From: a virus
DNA: 64,000 nt
Virus record (IMG/VR): IMGVR_UViG_3300025834_000005
Direction: 5' to 3' (one strand)
Notes under the pieces: model-generated
Told to the model about the DNA's origin: nothing
Database searches by the model: none
Seen by the model: the letters and a program-made list of their open reading frames with translations, nothing else
Position numbers and translations under genes: made by a program
Shown: positions 40,511 through 50,531 of the stretch, piece by piece
How positions within the stretch are numbered: position 1 is the first letter of the stretch
Layout of the letters: the number at the start of each line of letters is the position of its first letter

Positions 40511-42328
40511 TCAGATTCTTGTGTTATTTCTCATGTCCACAAAATCAGATGATTGATACTCAAATAAGTGTTTCATCTTATCTAAAGATTCGTTAACAAC
40601 TGCTTTTTCGGTGGTATTCTCGCTCAACATTTTACTTTTCTCAACAACGAAAATGTTTTTGGTAGCATCAACATAATAATCATATGATACGATTAGATCA
40701 GCAACGCCTTCATTAACGCCAATTTTACGAGTAGTTGAATCCAATTTATTTGTATACGTATTGCCTAATCCATTAAGATTTAATGCAAACCAATTAGATT
40801 CAGCCTTTTTTGCTTCATTGGCTTCATTTAACGTGAAGTCAATGATGTGTGACTTACCAAAGTCATCAAAATATTTACCGCTCATAAAAGACTCATTTAC
40901 TTTAGCCGTATTCGTAGGCTGTGAATCTTTGTTATACATAGGCTGATTATGACGCATGTCCAATTTCTTCAATCTCATTTCATAATTTTTATCGCCCATA
41001 TCCGTTTTCATACGGTCTTCGAACTTCTTATCAGGTTTAATCGAATAGTCCAAATCGCCAAGACCTAATCTATAGCTATCAACCTCTTCTTGTTCATCAG
41101 TGCTAAGATTTCGTTTTGGAATTTCGTTACCCTTTTCGTTAGCCGAATTACCAACATTTTCAAGAGCATTTCCCTTAGTTTTCTTAATAACATCCTTTTC
41201 AATATCGGAACTAAGTTTTTTAGGGTCTTTAATATCAGTTTGTTGATCTTTCCACTGTAATTCTTTCTCCACATTGATGATTTCTTTAGTACCACTATGC
41301 TGCATATCCTGTTTAAAGTTTTTAGCGTTGTCAGTACCCATTCTATCAACATTCACCAGCGATGGTGTTCTCTTATCTTCTGATATATTTTTTAAACCTG
41401 TTTGTTGTTCGCTTAACTGAGTTAGCTCTGCGTCTAATTCATTTAAAATATCGTTTTCGCTCATATCTTGTTTTGTTTTTTTATTTTCACTCATTGGTGC
41501 AGAAGCTCCGCCGCCATTCATACCTCTCTCAATACCGCCACCCTCTGTTCCGATAGGCTGTTTAGTTGCCATACTATCAGGATTGGTGTCGAGCATGGAA
41601 ACCTCACTAACTTTTTCTTTCTCGTCAACATTACCACCAATATTAGCAGTATCCCATTTATGTGTTTTCATTTGTTTGTTAATCACATTAAGGTCTGAAT
41701 TGCTCATATTTTTTGTCTCATTACCGTAAGCATCAGAATTGTTACCAATGCTCGCCAATGTACTTTCTCTGTTGAATTGCTCATCTAAAATATTGATATA
41801 ATCAGCAAATACAGACGCATTTATTAGATAATTCTCCTGTATAACAGTACCATTAGGAAAAATGGGTTTACGAACTGGTGATAATGACGAATTACCTAAT
41901 AAGTCGCCATTTGGTGACCAAGCCGAAGGGCTTGAGTATGCGCCAGAACTACTTGAGTCTGTTTCATCGATCTCTGTCGCTGTTTTACCAGCTTTATCAG
42001 CTATCTTTTCAATCGCATCGTTTTTTAGTTTATTAATTCCTGATTTATCACGTCTTTTCTTTTCTTTTGGAATAGCCATCTTATATTTCTGAAGAAATTT
42101 AGGACTATTTAGAATATAATCATTGAATATAATATTCATAATAGTTTCGTTATAATGATATCCGTACTTTTCTTCACCGTTTACAGACATATCGTCATAT
42201 ATGGAAGTCAACTTAGGATCAGAGAACACAAGTGTCTCCATTTTTCCAAGCGAAAATATCTTCTTTTTTAACGATTGTTCCTTTTCGTTTAATAAGTTGT
42301 CAATCTCATTTATGTTCATTTTGTTCAT
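40511..42328 (-). CDS. large hypothetical protein (605 aa, low-complexity central region)
   Basis: ORF track. Confidence 0.55.
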   Translation of the reverse strand: MNKMNINEIDNLLNEKEQSLKKKIFSLGKMETLVFSDPKLTSIYDDMSVNGEEKYGYHYNETIMNIIFNDYILNSPKFLQKYKMAIPKEKKRRDKSGINKLKNDAIEKIADKAGKTATEIDETDSSSSGAYSSPSAWSPNGDLLGNSSLSPVRKPIFPNGTVIQENYLINASVFADYINILDEQFNRESTLASIGNNSDAYGNETKNMSNSDLNVINKQMKTHKWDTANIGGNVDEKEKVSEVSMLDTNPDSMATKQPIGTEGGGIERGMNGGGASAPMSENKKTKQDMSENDILNELDAELTQLSEQQTGLKNISEDKRTPSLVNVDRMGTDNAKNFKQDMQHSGTKEIINVEKELQWKDQQTDIKDPKKLSSDIEKDVIKKTKGNALENVGNSANEKGNEIPKRNLSTDEQEEVDSYRLGLGDLDYSIKPDKKFEDRMKTDMGDKNYEMRLKKLDMRHNQPMYNKDSQPTNTAKVNESFMSGKYFDDFGKSHIIDFTLNEANEAKKAESNWFALNLNGLGNTYTNKLDSTTRKIGVNEGVADLIVSYDYYVDATKNIFVVEKSKMLSENTTEKAVVNESLDKMKHLFEYQSSDFVDMRNNTRI

Positions 42329-42343
42329 ATTAGTTTAATATAA

Positions 42344-42556
42344 TTATTTAATGTCTGTCTTCCAAAAATCTTTTTTCTGCCATAATACTTTGAATATGGA
42401 TTCCATAGAATTTTTTATAGTTCTAATCATTTCGTCTCTGGCTGGGTTATTTTTCTTATTAAGTGCTTTACCAACCTCTTTATTCAGAGATTCATCAGAG
42501 AATTTACGCAATTCATCTTTTATAATTCTTTTTATGTCTTCCTCAGTAATTGCCAT
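42344..42556 (-). CDS. hypothetical protein (start moved to MAITEED)
   Basis: A GTATTTAT motif copy lies 20 nt upstream of ATG 42556 and inside the longer track ORF. Confidence 0.45.
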   Translation of the reverse strand: MAITEEDIKRIIKDELRKFSDESLNKEVGKALNKKNNPARDEMIRTIKNSMESIFKVLWQKKDFWKTDIK

Positions 42557-42576
42557 AATTTGTACGTATTCAATAT

Positions 42577-42584
42577 ATAAATAC
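42577..42584 (-). promoter_or_regulatory. GTATTTAT motif copy
   Basis: Minus strand GTTAATGTATTTATATATTG. Confidence 0.35.
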
Positions 42585-42635
42585 ATTAACTTTGAATAAA
42601 CGTATTTATATATCGCATTTAAATGCTTAATGCCT

Positions 42636-43427
42636 TTACTTTAATGCTCTGCCTATAAAATATCCACCTACAAGTGCTGTTGGGGTTATAATTAGCATCT
42701 TATTCTTACCAATCGATATACCTGCTCGCTGTATGAAGTTCGGTTTAACGGTTTTCTTATCTAATTGAGGTATCGCATAACTAACAATATCAAATGTCTT
42801 AAAATACTTATTACTGTTCGATACGCTAAATGCCACAGGATTACCTTCCCTCACATTATCTTTCCATAGGAAGTCAATGTATTGAGTATTGATCAAATCG
42901 AACTGATTAAACCTAATTGCTGGCTTATTCGAGGCGTTTAAAGCCTTTACGTTCATAACATCAATGTTGTACTTGATATAGCTTGTACTATCCTTAAAAC
43001 CCACTCTATTATTCAATGAATCCACTGTTACCACTGGATTGCTAAGAGAATCAATTATCACATGTGTCTCGATCAACGCTGCTGCTATTACGGTGTAATC
43101 TTTCTCGGCTTTCTTCACTCTCGCAAGCAAATTCTTTTCATTTGATGTGAGATTATTGTTTTTATCTGTAAGCCCCTTAATTGTACCTTGTAGCGTTAAT
43201 TTTTCGGCAACAATCTCTTTATAAGAGTTTACATGAAATTGAATCGTATCGACCAAAGCATTCTTTAATTTTGTCTCTGTATCAAGCTTTTCCTTTAAAT
43301 TACCAACTCTATTTGAATAGAGCATCCATCCGCCGCCTATTAATACTATAAGAGCTATGACAATTATAATTATCTGCCCTACGTTAATCGTGACTACACG
43401 AGTTGTCTCTGTTGTTGATACTGCCAT
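42636..43427 (-). CDS. membrane-anchored coiled-coil protein, hypothetical
   Basis: N-terminal IIIIVIALIVLIGGGWML segment. Confidence 0.5.
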   Translation of the reverse strand: MAVSTTETTRVVTINVGQIIIIVIALIVLIGGGWMLYSNRVGNLKEKLDTETKLKNALVDTIQFHVNSYKEIVAEKLTLQGTIKGLTDKNNNLTSNEKNLLARVKKAEKDYTVIAAALIETHVIIDSLSNPVVTVDSLNNRVGFKDSTSYIKYNIDVMNVKALNASNKPAIRFNQFDLINTQYIDFLWKDNVREGNPVAFSVSNSNKYFKTFDIVSYAIPQLDKKTVKPNFIQRAGISIGKNKMLIITPTALVGGYFIGRALK

Positions 43428-43438
43428 AATATTACGTT

Positions 43439-43903
43439 TTATTGATTATTATTTGTGTCTCCTAAATTTTCAATCCAGTATTTATTAAACTTATCGTAAT
43501 TCGATTCAAGTCTACTGGTTATATCGGTATTAGCCTCATTGTCCTTGTTAAAGGCATCGGAATATTTAAATTCGACGCCAGTGGTATTTTCCACAGGCGG
43601 AACAGTGTACGTAAATTCGATCTCATTATTGATTACGCCACCCCAGAATACGAAATCGTCATAAACTTCAAGCTCATAATAATCAATTGAAACGTTAATA
43701 TCTTGGAATAATCCGTCGATAATATTCTGCTCTCTCTCCTGATCGCCCTGAGTAGCTTTATTCACTCTTTCAGCGTCAGCATTATCAATGGTGACATCCT
43801 CATTAAGTTTTCTGGTGATCTTTAACATGTCACGCATTGTCATGTCAATCTTTTCGCCTTTATTGAAGTGCTCCATTATCTTGGAAATTCTATTGATATT
43901 CAT
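43439..43903 (-). CDS. hypothetical protein
   Basis: ORF track; preceded by a GTATTTAT copy. Confidence 0.5.
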   Translation of the reverse strand: MNINRISKIMEHFNKGEKIDMTMRDMLKITRKLNEDVTIDNADAERVNKATQGDQEREQNIIDGLFQDINVSIDYYELEVYDDFVFWGGVINNEIEFTYTVPPVENTTGVEFKYSDAFNKDNEANTDITSRLESNYDKFNKYWIENLGDTNNNQ

Positions 43904-43918
43904 AGTTAATAATTTATT

Positions 43919-43926
43919 ATAAATAC
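43919..43926 (-). promoter_or_regulatory. GTATTTAT motif copy
   Basis: Minus strand AATAAGTATTTATAATAAA, 15 nt upstream of ATG 43903. Confidence 0.4.
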
Positions 43927-44526
43927 TTATTTTCTTAATAGTTTAGTAAATTTAGGAATATCAAAATGCGGAATGCAATATGCATCAATATCAAAATAAT
44001 TACTTTTAAAAACAATACCTTTAGACTTATTAATATCCTTATGATAAAAGTCAAAAGAAATACACACAGGCTCGATGTTAAACTTATCGCATAAGTATAA
44101 TGATAATTCGGCTGTTGACTCCATTTGCTCTATGGTGATCTCTTCCCAATAATAATATCCATAATACTTCATTTCAACAATATTACCACCACAAATCTCA
44201 TTCAGATGATTATGCAACCCAAATTCATCCTTTATAAGAGCACCCATGTTTTCCATAACAATACTAATATTATTCTTATTACTGGATTCAATACCCAAGA
44301 ACTTGCTATAATACTTAGGATTATAATGCTCGTAAATCGTACCGTCTCGACCTACAGTATAGGTGTTCCATTCTTTACATACACCATTATCTTTATTAGC
44401 TAATCTAACCAATTGATTATGATCATTTCTATTAGATATGTCTAATATAATCTGATCCTTAGCCGTTTCGCTACTGATATAATTTTTACAAGTAGCTGGA
44501 AAATCTTCAATATTAATGTTAATCAT
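43927..44526 (-). CDS. possible N-acetylmuramoyl-L-alanine amidase (PGRP/amidase_2-like)
   Basis: YTVGRDGTIYEHYNP...NNISIVMENMG resembles the amidase_2 core; metal ligands not verified. Confidence 0.4.
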   Translation of the reverse strand: MININIEDFPATCKNYISSETAKDQIILDISNRNDHNQLVRLANKDNGVCKEWNTYTVGRDGTIYEHYNPKYYSKFLGIESSNKNNISIVMENMGALIKDEFGLHNHLNEICGGNIVEMKYYGYYYWEEITIEQMESTAELSLYLCDKFNIEPVCISFDFYHKDINKSKGIVFKSNYFDIDAYCIPHFDIPKFTKLLRK

Positions 44527-44792
44527 ATTTTATATTTTTGTAAAATTTTTTCATACATTTCAAGAGTATCCCAGCCACCAGCAATCCATACAATATCCTC
44601 ATATTTAACCGAGTATTTTGTATGATCTGGTCTCTCTTTAACATCTAAAAGCATTCTTGCGCTTCCTGACATTAAATAGCTGGGTCTTTTTCTGCCTATT
44701 ACATACGTATCATCATCTATACTCTGAATATGTTTATCATGTAAGATTTCTATACCATCTATAACACCCAACCTCGGCTTATTTTTTACCAT
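44523..44792 (-). CDS. hypothetical protein
   Basis: 4-nt overlap on both sides. Confidence 0.5.
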   Translation of the reverse strand: MVKNKPRLGVIDGIEILHDKHIQSIDDDTYVIGRKRPSYLMSGSARMLLDVKERPDHTKYSVKYEDIVWIAGGWDTLEMYEKILQKYKI

Positions 44793-47700
44793 TATAATGT
44801 GTTTATTGTTAATGTTGATATTTCATTCTCATCTAATTGAACATTGATTACATAATCAGGGTTAATCTCGTGATTATGCTCAATAACCAATACTTTTTGC
44901 ATGTTATCCTTAATTAATTGAAGGATTTCGTTAAATTCCTCGATACTATCGGCACTCAGTTTACCCATAACCTCATCAAGCATGAATATAGTTGGCTTTA
45001 CCTTAGCATTAATTTGATTTAAAGCGAATTTTAAAACAATAGCAGAAAATGTACGTTCCTTACCTGATGCGCTAATGCAGTCAATCACAGCTAACGGACG
45101 GCTATTATAAGCCAATTTAGGTCTAAGATCATCTAAGTCCAGCCATACTTTGAACGCCGACACAGATAAAATACTTGCAAGTGTGTTGTTAATTTTAGGT
45201 ATAATATAATTAACAAGCATCTGTCTTGGGATTCCGTCTCTATGAACACATTTAATGTATAAAGCATAAACATTATCAACATGTTCTTGTGCTTTGAATA
45301 ATTTTACAAGAGACTCTGTTTGAACTATCTTACTATTCGAATCGTTAATAGCTAAACGTTTATTATATATATTAGACTGTACAACCTTTAAATCGTCAGC
45401 ATATTTCTGTATTTTTGCGTCAGCCTGTTTAATACGTTCGCTTAGTTTCTTATTTTCATCAATCTGAATAATATTCTCACCATATCTTATGATTTTCTGA
45501 CCGATAATGTCAAGCTCAAGTTCATTAGTTCTGATATACAGCGGTATCCTTTCAAGCTCGTCAGCCAATTTCAAACGAAGCATATAATCATTCTTGTCGT
45601 TATTTAAAACACCTATCTCAGCAAGAACTCCAACCATTGTAAGACTAATAACTTCGATTTGTTCTTTAACAATATTGATTTCAGCATTTAGTCCGACTAT
45701 ACTATCTTTAAGAGCTATAATGTCTACACTCTCATAGTTTTTAATCGTGTCGGCAATTGAGAACATTTCTGTTTTTAGATCACTTATTTTTTGTTTTATA
45801 TGTTCATTATCCTGAGCAACACTCTGATGACATGTTGGACATGTGTGCTCCGTTGTTCCCTGTTTAAAGCCAATAAGTTCATTTTTAATCTTTAAACCGT
45901 CTCTCTTAAGATTTACAATTTTGCCGTTGATTATCTCAATTTCATGATCTTTTCTACTTATAGTACTTTCAAAATCCTTAATCTTTAATTTAAGGGCATA
46001 TTCTGAATTTCTATGTGTATCTTTTTGAGCAACTAATTCATTGTATCGTGCCTCATCATAAGTATTTTTCAACTCGGACATGCTTTTTTCGATAATTTCA
46101 ATACGCTTATAATAATCGCTAATAGTTATCTTGTATTTCTCAGCACTTCTATTAGCCTGTTCAATATCCATATTATAGATTTCATCATCTATTTTATGCA
46201 TATCTTTATGTAAGGTATCGACATATTTCCTACCGTTACTCATTGAGTTCTCAATTTCGACAACTGTAACCGATTCTAACTCCGTTAATTGTAACTCCAA
46301 TTCGGATATAGAATTTTTAAGTCTTAGAATTTCGTTATCAGAGTTCTCAACATTGCAGTTTATACGCCCCTTTTCGGCTAATCTTTTCTGATTCTTTTTA
46401 CATGCATCGAGTTTTTTATCAAATATGTCAAGTCCACTATCGAATAATAGCGAATCGATGAATGTTGACATATCGTTCGACAATATCTTATTAAGAGTAT
46501 CGGCAGTTGTAACAACAATACGCATAAAATTATCATAACTACCAATCAAAGACTCTATAATTTTCTGAGTCTTTATTCTCTGGTCACCGCTCATATTATC
46601 CAATGAGTTCTGATCATTCATTTCGTCATCAGGTGACGCCATCAGATAATAATTCAATGTTGTTGGAGCACCGTTTATAGCACCGTCCTTAGACCTTGTA
46701 ATGGTTGTCCTCTTTTTTATTCCATAATATTCAGAATTATAATCAAATACCATGTAAGCATCGCAAAAAGTAGCACCGTTTCTATTGTTAACATATCGTG
46801 AATCGCCGAATTTAACACGACCCTCAGTTTCGAGTGATTTGTTATATAGAATGTATGAGATTAATTTAATAAGAGTTGTCTTCCCAGCTGTATTCTTACC
46901 GACAATCTGAAATAAGCCGTTAAGTTCTCTCCAATCAATATCAATAGTCTCATAAGAGGCAAAGTTTCTGCCACCGAATTTAATGATATTGAAATTTCCG
47001 CCCACATCATCAGTATGATCGATTTCGCCTGAAATAATATCATCAAGATCAATAACATCTTTAATTGTTGCAGCCTCAATACCCATAGCATCTAAATGCT
47101 CTGTGAATATCGCTTGTTGGACTGTGGTTTCGTTAATACTTACAAGCGTAACGTCTTCGCTTACAACAATTTTATTATCAATAATGAAGTCGCTTTTATT
47201 AGATACAGACGTAATATTGGGGTATTTGCCTTTAATATAAGCCACCAGCTTATTCTCATTGATCGAAGTTCTAACATATGGTAATGTTTTCCATATAAAT
47301 CTGACCTTCATAAAGGTTGTAGGCTCGTCAATTTCAATGTCAATATCATCAAAATCAACATATGATGATATGATAATGTTTTTAAATGAATAATCGTTAG
47401 CTATAGGCTTTTCAATTACGGTAGATTTTTCTACATTCCATAATAAATAGCCATGAAAATTATCGTCACCCTCACCAAAATCCTGTGCAATAAGCGATGA
47501 CGGATATGACCCGAATAATGCGTTATTTTTATAAAAATATTGCTTTTTGTGAATATCACCAAGAAATAATAGGTCACCATTAAAATCGCCCAAGTTCCTT
47601 AATGTCTTTTTTGTCATTTCAAAACCTGTTACTGTTTGACAGCCGTTTATAGGGTCATGAAATAAGTCAATATACACTCTATTAGGGTCTTTATTGGCGA

Positions 47701-48142
47701 CAAGTTCTATACCAGTTTTAGTAGTCCAAGGTGAGTTTGAAGATGAACCATGATGCCATACGCACCATGTAATATTTTCATCGTCAATAAAGCCTGTTGT
47801 ATCGTAATAAATAATGTTCTTATTATGTAATGTGTCTACGATGGCTTTAACAGAATCCACTCTTTGAGGATTAATTCTTTTAAAGTCGTGATTACCACGC
47901 ACAATTCGAACTGGTGCAATTAATGCTAACTGATCTAAAAGATCAGATGCAAGTATAAGCTGTTCGCCCTCAAGATGTAGATAATCGTGAACAAGGTCAC
48001 CGTTTATCATGATACGAGAAGGTTTATCCTTTCTTAATGATTTATATAAATTTGCAAAAACAGATGCATACTCTACGTTTCTCGTTGGTATGTTCCTAAG
48101 ATGTATATCAGCTATTTGCGCTACCGTTATTATTTGTCCCAT
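44792..48142 (-). CDS. fused SbcD/Mre11-like nuclease + SbcC/Rad50-like ATPase
   Basis: N-terminal ADIHL, NGDLVHD, RGNHD, LGDIH phosphoesterase motifs. Then Walker A GKNTAGKTT, long coiled coil with a CPTC zinc hook, SASGKERT signature and Walker B IFMLDEV. Confidence 0.8.
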   Translation of the reverse strand: MGQIITVAQIADIHLRNIPTRNVEYASVFANLYKSLRKDKPSRIMINGDLVHDYLHLEGEQLILASDLLDQLALIAPVRIVRGNHDFKRINPQRVDSVKAIVDTLHNKNIIYYDTTGFIDDENITWCVWHHGSSSNSPWTTKTGIELVANKDPNRVYIDLFHDPINGCQTVTGFEMTKKTLRNLGDFNGDLLFLGDIHKKQYFYKNNALFGSYPSSLIAQDFGEGDDNFHGYLLWNVEKSTVIEKPIANDYSFKNIIISSYVDFDDIDIEIDEPTTFMKVRFIWKTLPYVRTSINENKLVAYIKGKYPNITSVSNKSDFIIDNKIVVSEDVTLVSINETTVQQAIFTEHLDAMGIEAATIKDVIDLDDIISGEIDHTDDVGGNFNIIKFGGRNFASYETIDIDWRELNGLFQIVGKNTAGKTTLIKLISYILYNKSLETEGRVKFGDSRYVNNRNGATFCDAYMVFDYNSEYYGIKKRTTITRSKDGAINGAPTTLNYYLMASPDDEMNDQNSLDNMSGDQRIKTQKIIESLIGSYDNFMRIVVTTADTLNKILSNDMSTFIDSLLFDSGLDIFDKKLDACKKNQKRLAEKGRINCNVENSDNEILRLKNSISELELQLTELESVTVVEIENSMSNGRKYVDTLHKDMHKIDDEIYNMDIEQANRSAEKYKITISDYYKRIEIIEKSMSELKNTYDEARYNELVAQKDTHRNSEYALKLKIKDFESTISRKDHEIEIINGKIVNLKRDGLKIKNELIGFKQGTTEHTCPTCHQSVAQDNEHIKQKISDLKTEMFSIADTIKNYESVDIIALKDSIVGLNAEINIVKEQIEVISLTMVGVLAEIGVLNNDKNDYMLRLKLADELERIPLYIRTNELELDIIGQKIIRYGENIIQIDENKKLSERIKQADAKIQKYADDLKVVQSNIYNKRLAINDSNSKIVQTESLVKLFKAQEHVDNVYALYIKCVHRDGIPRQMLVNYIIPKINNTLASILSVSAFKVWLDLDDLRPKLAYNSRPLAVIDCISASGKERTFSAIVLKFALNQINAKVKPTIFMLDEVMGKLSADSIEEFNEILQLIKDNMQKVLVIEHNHEINPDYVINVQLDENEISTLTINTL

Positions 48143-48160
48143 TATTAATTATATATTTTG

Positions 48161-48168
48161 CAAATGTA
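48161..48168 (-). promoter_or_regulatory. TAnnTTTG (Bacteroidetes -7-like) motif
   Basis: Minus strand TACATTTG, 18 nt upstream of ATG 48142. Confidence 0.35.
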
Positions 48169-48203
48169 TGTATTATTTATGATACCCACAACAATATTTC
48201 GTG

Positions 48204-48755
48204 TTAATCGAGAATCAAATGCTTATTAGCCTTATGATTTTTCAACACGGTCTTAATATAGTTAATTTTATTAGCTATACACGTGCTTGTTGTGTTAAAT
48301 TCTTTGCCTATCTCATGGTAATTATATCCGTCAAGATATTTCATACTTAACATAGTGTAATCATCATTTGAGATTTGCTTCGAAATGAAATCTAAGCTAT
48401 TATTTGTCTCATATTCAATATAATCATTAGTACTTGTTGTTGTTCTTAAATTCCTACAAATTGCTCTTCGAACATTATTATCTCTAACGATATTTCTCAT
48501 ATGATTATTAGTTATAGTAAAAACCCATGTTCTAAAATCAGATTTCTTCTCGTCGTATTTAGCTAAATTTGAGAAAATTTTAATCATAATATCCGCAACA
48601 TAATCATCGATACAATCTTCCATTTGATTGTACTTATCATATTTAGCGTGAATAAACTGTTTTATCTGTTTTTTATATTTGAAGTAAATGAGTTGTTCGG
48701 AATTTTTATTCCCTTTTAAAATATTTTGTATATGGATCGTATCTTTCTGATTCAT
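48204..48755 (-). CDS. sigma-70 family sigma factor, ECF-like (regions 2 and 4 only)
   Basis: FRTWVFTITNNHMRNIVRD (region 2) and MLSMKYLDGYNYHEIGKEFNTTSTCIANKINYIKTVLK (region 4 HTH); 183 aa. Confidence 0.7.
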   Translation of the reverse strand: MNQKDTIHIQNILKGNKNSEQLIYFKYKKQIKQFIHAKYDKYNQMEDCIDDYVADIMIKIFSNLAKYDEKKSDFRTWVFTITNNHMRNIVRDNNVRRAICRNLRTTTSTNDYIEYETNNSLDFISKQISNDDYTMLSMKYLDGYNYHEIGKEFNTTSTCIANKINYIKTVLKNHKANKHLILD

Positions 48756-49749
48756 GCATTTTTGTTATAAAATAATCATTTATTGTCAGCGACCTCAAAC
48801 TATACAAAGCTTCGGCAACCCTCTCGTCGCCCTGAAAACGTCTCATTTCATCTAAGTCGTCATTATTTGGCAATGCGATTAATTTTACTTTATCCTCACA
48901 ATCAATATATATTGTATGAAGTTTGTAAAATAATTCAACACTGTTTTTATAAGCATCAGGGTCTAATAATATTACAATATTGGGTTTCAGTTCTTTAATT
49001 TTCATAAATAATGCATCGGATATGGTTTTACCGAGCATTGGTGTTGTATTAATTGGGAGTGTAAGCATTTCAAAAGCACCTTCAACAACATATAATGTCA
49101 TATCCCAATTTATCATACCCTCATTGAATATGATTCTTGATTTGTCGGACTTGGGATTATCATACGGTTTGATCTTGAATTTGCCATTACCTTTATCGTA
49201 ATTTCTGGCTACAAAATAGTTGACGATACCATTTTTATCATAAGATGGAATTATGATTCGTTTTTTATATTTACCCTCAATACAAAATCCGATGCCAAAT
49301 TTAATTAAAAGACTTCTATCGATTTTACGCTCATTAATCATATAATTATACGCTTCAAAATGAGCAACATTCGAGGCATCCATTTTTGAAAATGGAATCA
49401 TTTCCTCTGGAAGTTCCACAGGAACATATTCAACTTCTTCTTCCTCATAATCATCATACCCAGCATATGAAGCATTATATATTTTATATAGGTCATAATC
49501 GATTTTAGAGCCATATAAATGAACAAGTTTTCCTAAGCTACCGCTGAACTTAGGGTCGTCACACTTCCAGCATCTAAACATTCGCCTTGCGGTGTTTATT
49601 TCGAGATTTGTTTTACCATCGGAAAATGCTAAGCCTTCATTCTCCTGACATCTTGGGCAATTGACCTGAACCTGTTCAGATACATTTAAGCCCTTGGCGT
49701 CTGGAAACATGCCTTGTATTATACTATGAAATTCTTGCCCTCTAATCAT
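48706..49749 (-). CDS. DNA primase (zinc finger + Toprim)
   Basis: CPRCQ...CWKCD zinc finger; Toprim VVEGAFEMLTL and VILLDPDA. Confidence 0.7.
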   Translation of the reverse strand: MIRGQEFHSIIQGMFPDAKGLNVSEQVQVNCPRCQENEGLAFSDGKTNLEINTARRMFRCWKCDDPKFSGSLGKLVHLYGSKIDYDLYKIYNASYAGYDDYEEEEVEYVPVELPEEMIPFSKMDASNVAHFEAYNYMINERKIDRSLLIKFGIGFCIEGKYKKRIIIPSYDKNGIVNYFVARNYDKGNGKFKIKPYDNPKSDKSRIIFNEGMINWDMTLYVVEGAFEMLTLPINTTPMLGKTISDALFMKIKELKPNIVILLDPDAYKNSVELFYKLHTIYIDCEDKVKLIALPNNDDLDEMRRFQGDERVAEALYSLRSLTINDYFITKMHESERYDPYTKYFKRE

Positions 49750-49764
49750 GCAACAAAAATAAGT

Positions 49765-49806
49765 AAAAAATACCTGAAATCAAAATCATTTCAGGTATTT
49801 TTTTTA
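49765..49806. terminator. hairpin with A and T runs on both sides
   Basis: AAAAAATACCTGAAAT / ATTTCAGGTATTTTTT. Confidence 0.6.
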
Positions 49807-49808
49807 CA

Positions 49809-50408
49809 CTAATATTGTTCGTCAGTAAAAGTCTTATAGTCTTTAAGGTATGGAAACATTTCGATCAACCTATTCATAAAGCCTCTGGGATTAATGATAA
49901 AATTCGTACCCCATTTATGATGCATATCCTGTAATTCGGTAAATAGATCAACAGTTTTCTGTTTCAAAATATCCTCATCACCCAACGAATCATAATTATT
50001 ATAAGTAACTCCGTCATCTGTTGGCTGAACATAAACGCCGTTAGTTGCCTTTGCTAATTGAATTCTAAGCTGTTCAGACTCTTCGGTAAGCCTTTCAACC
50101 TGTTCCTCAAGCCACAATCTATTATCATCATTCTTATTAATATATTTTGTAGCATCTGTTTGTATTGTGACAGGTTCAACCTTTTTTGTGCTCAGATCAA
50201 CATCCAAACATAAGCTATTAACCAATTCTTTAGCTTTTCTTGCACGTTCAGCCTCAGCATCAACTGGTTTTACAATTTCAGCTGGTTTAACTTCGGGGTT
50301 TTTAACTGCTTTTTGAACTGGTTTTGGTGTTGGCTTGCTCTCAGCTTTGGGTTTACTTGTTCCTTTTGCTAATTTAAGTAAGCCTTTATTAGAAGTAATA
50401 TCTTTCAT
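49809..50408 (-). CDS. hypothetical protein with Lys/Pro-rich N-terminus
   Basis: ORF track; preceded by a GTATTTAT copy. Confidence 0.5.
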   Translation of the reverse strand: MKDITSNKGLLKLAKGTSKPKAESKPTPKPVQKAVKNPEVKPAEIVKPVDAEAERARKAKELVNSLCLDVDLSTKKVEPVTIQTDATKYINKNDDNRLWLEEQVERLTEESEQLRIQLAKATNGVYVQPTDDGVTYNNYDSLGDEDILKQKTVDLFTELQDMHHKWGTNFIINPRGFMNRLIEMFPYLKDYKTFTDEQY

Positions 50409-50426
50409 TTTTTATATAATTTTATA

Positions 50427-50434
50427 ATAAATAC
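50427..50434 (-). promoter_or_regulatory. GTATTTAT motif copy
   Basis: Minus strand TTTATAGTATTTATTATAAAA, 18 nt upstream of ATG 50408. Confidence 0.4.
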
Positions 50435-50470
50435 TATAAAAGTATAAATAAGTATACTAAGTAATAAAAA

Positions 50471-50502
50471 AAACCCATTAAATATTTCTACTTAATGGGT
50501 TT
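50471..50502 (-). terminator. rho-independent terminator (minus strand)
   Basis: AAACCCATTAA / TTAATGGGTTT; A run on +. Confidence 0.65.
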
Positions 50503-50531
50503 TAGATCATAAACAACTCTATGTTAAGAAT

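Noticed and set aside
41065-42092. Several 60-95 aa ORFs on both strands inside the 605-aa gene (41065-41352, 41362-41556, 41468-41698, 41862-42092)
   Set aside because: All are nested within or antisense to the long continuous ORF 40511-42328. None has independent signals.
49754-49761. TATTTTTG motif upstream of the primase gene
   Set aside because: It ends only 4 nt from the annotated ATG, so it cannot be a -7 element for that start. It would only make sense if the primase started at a downstream Met.
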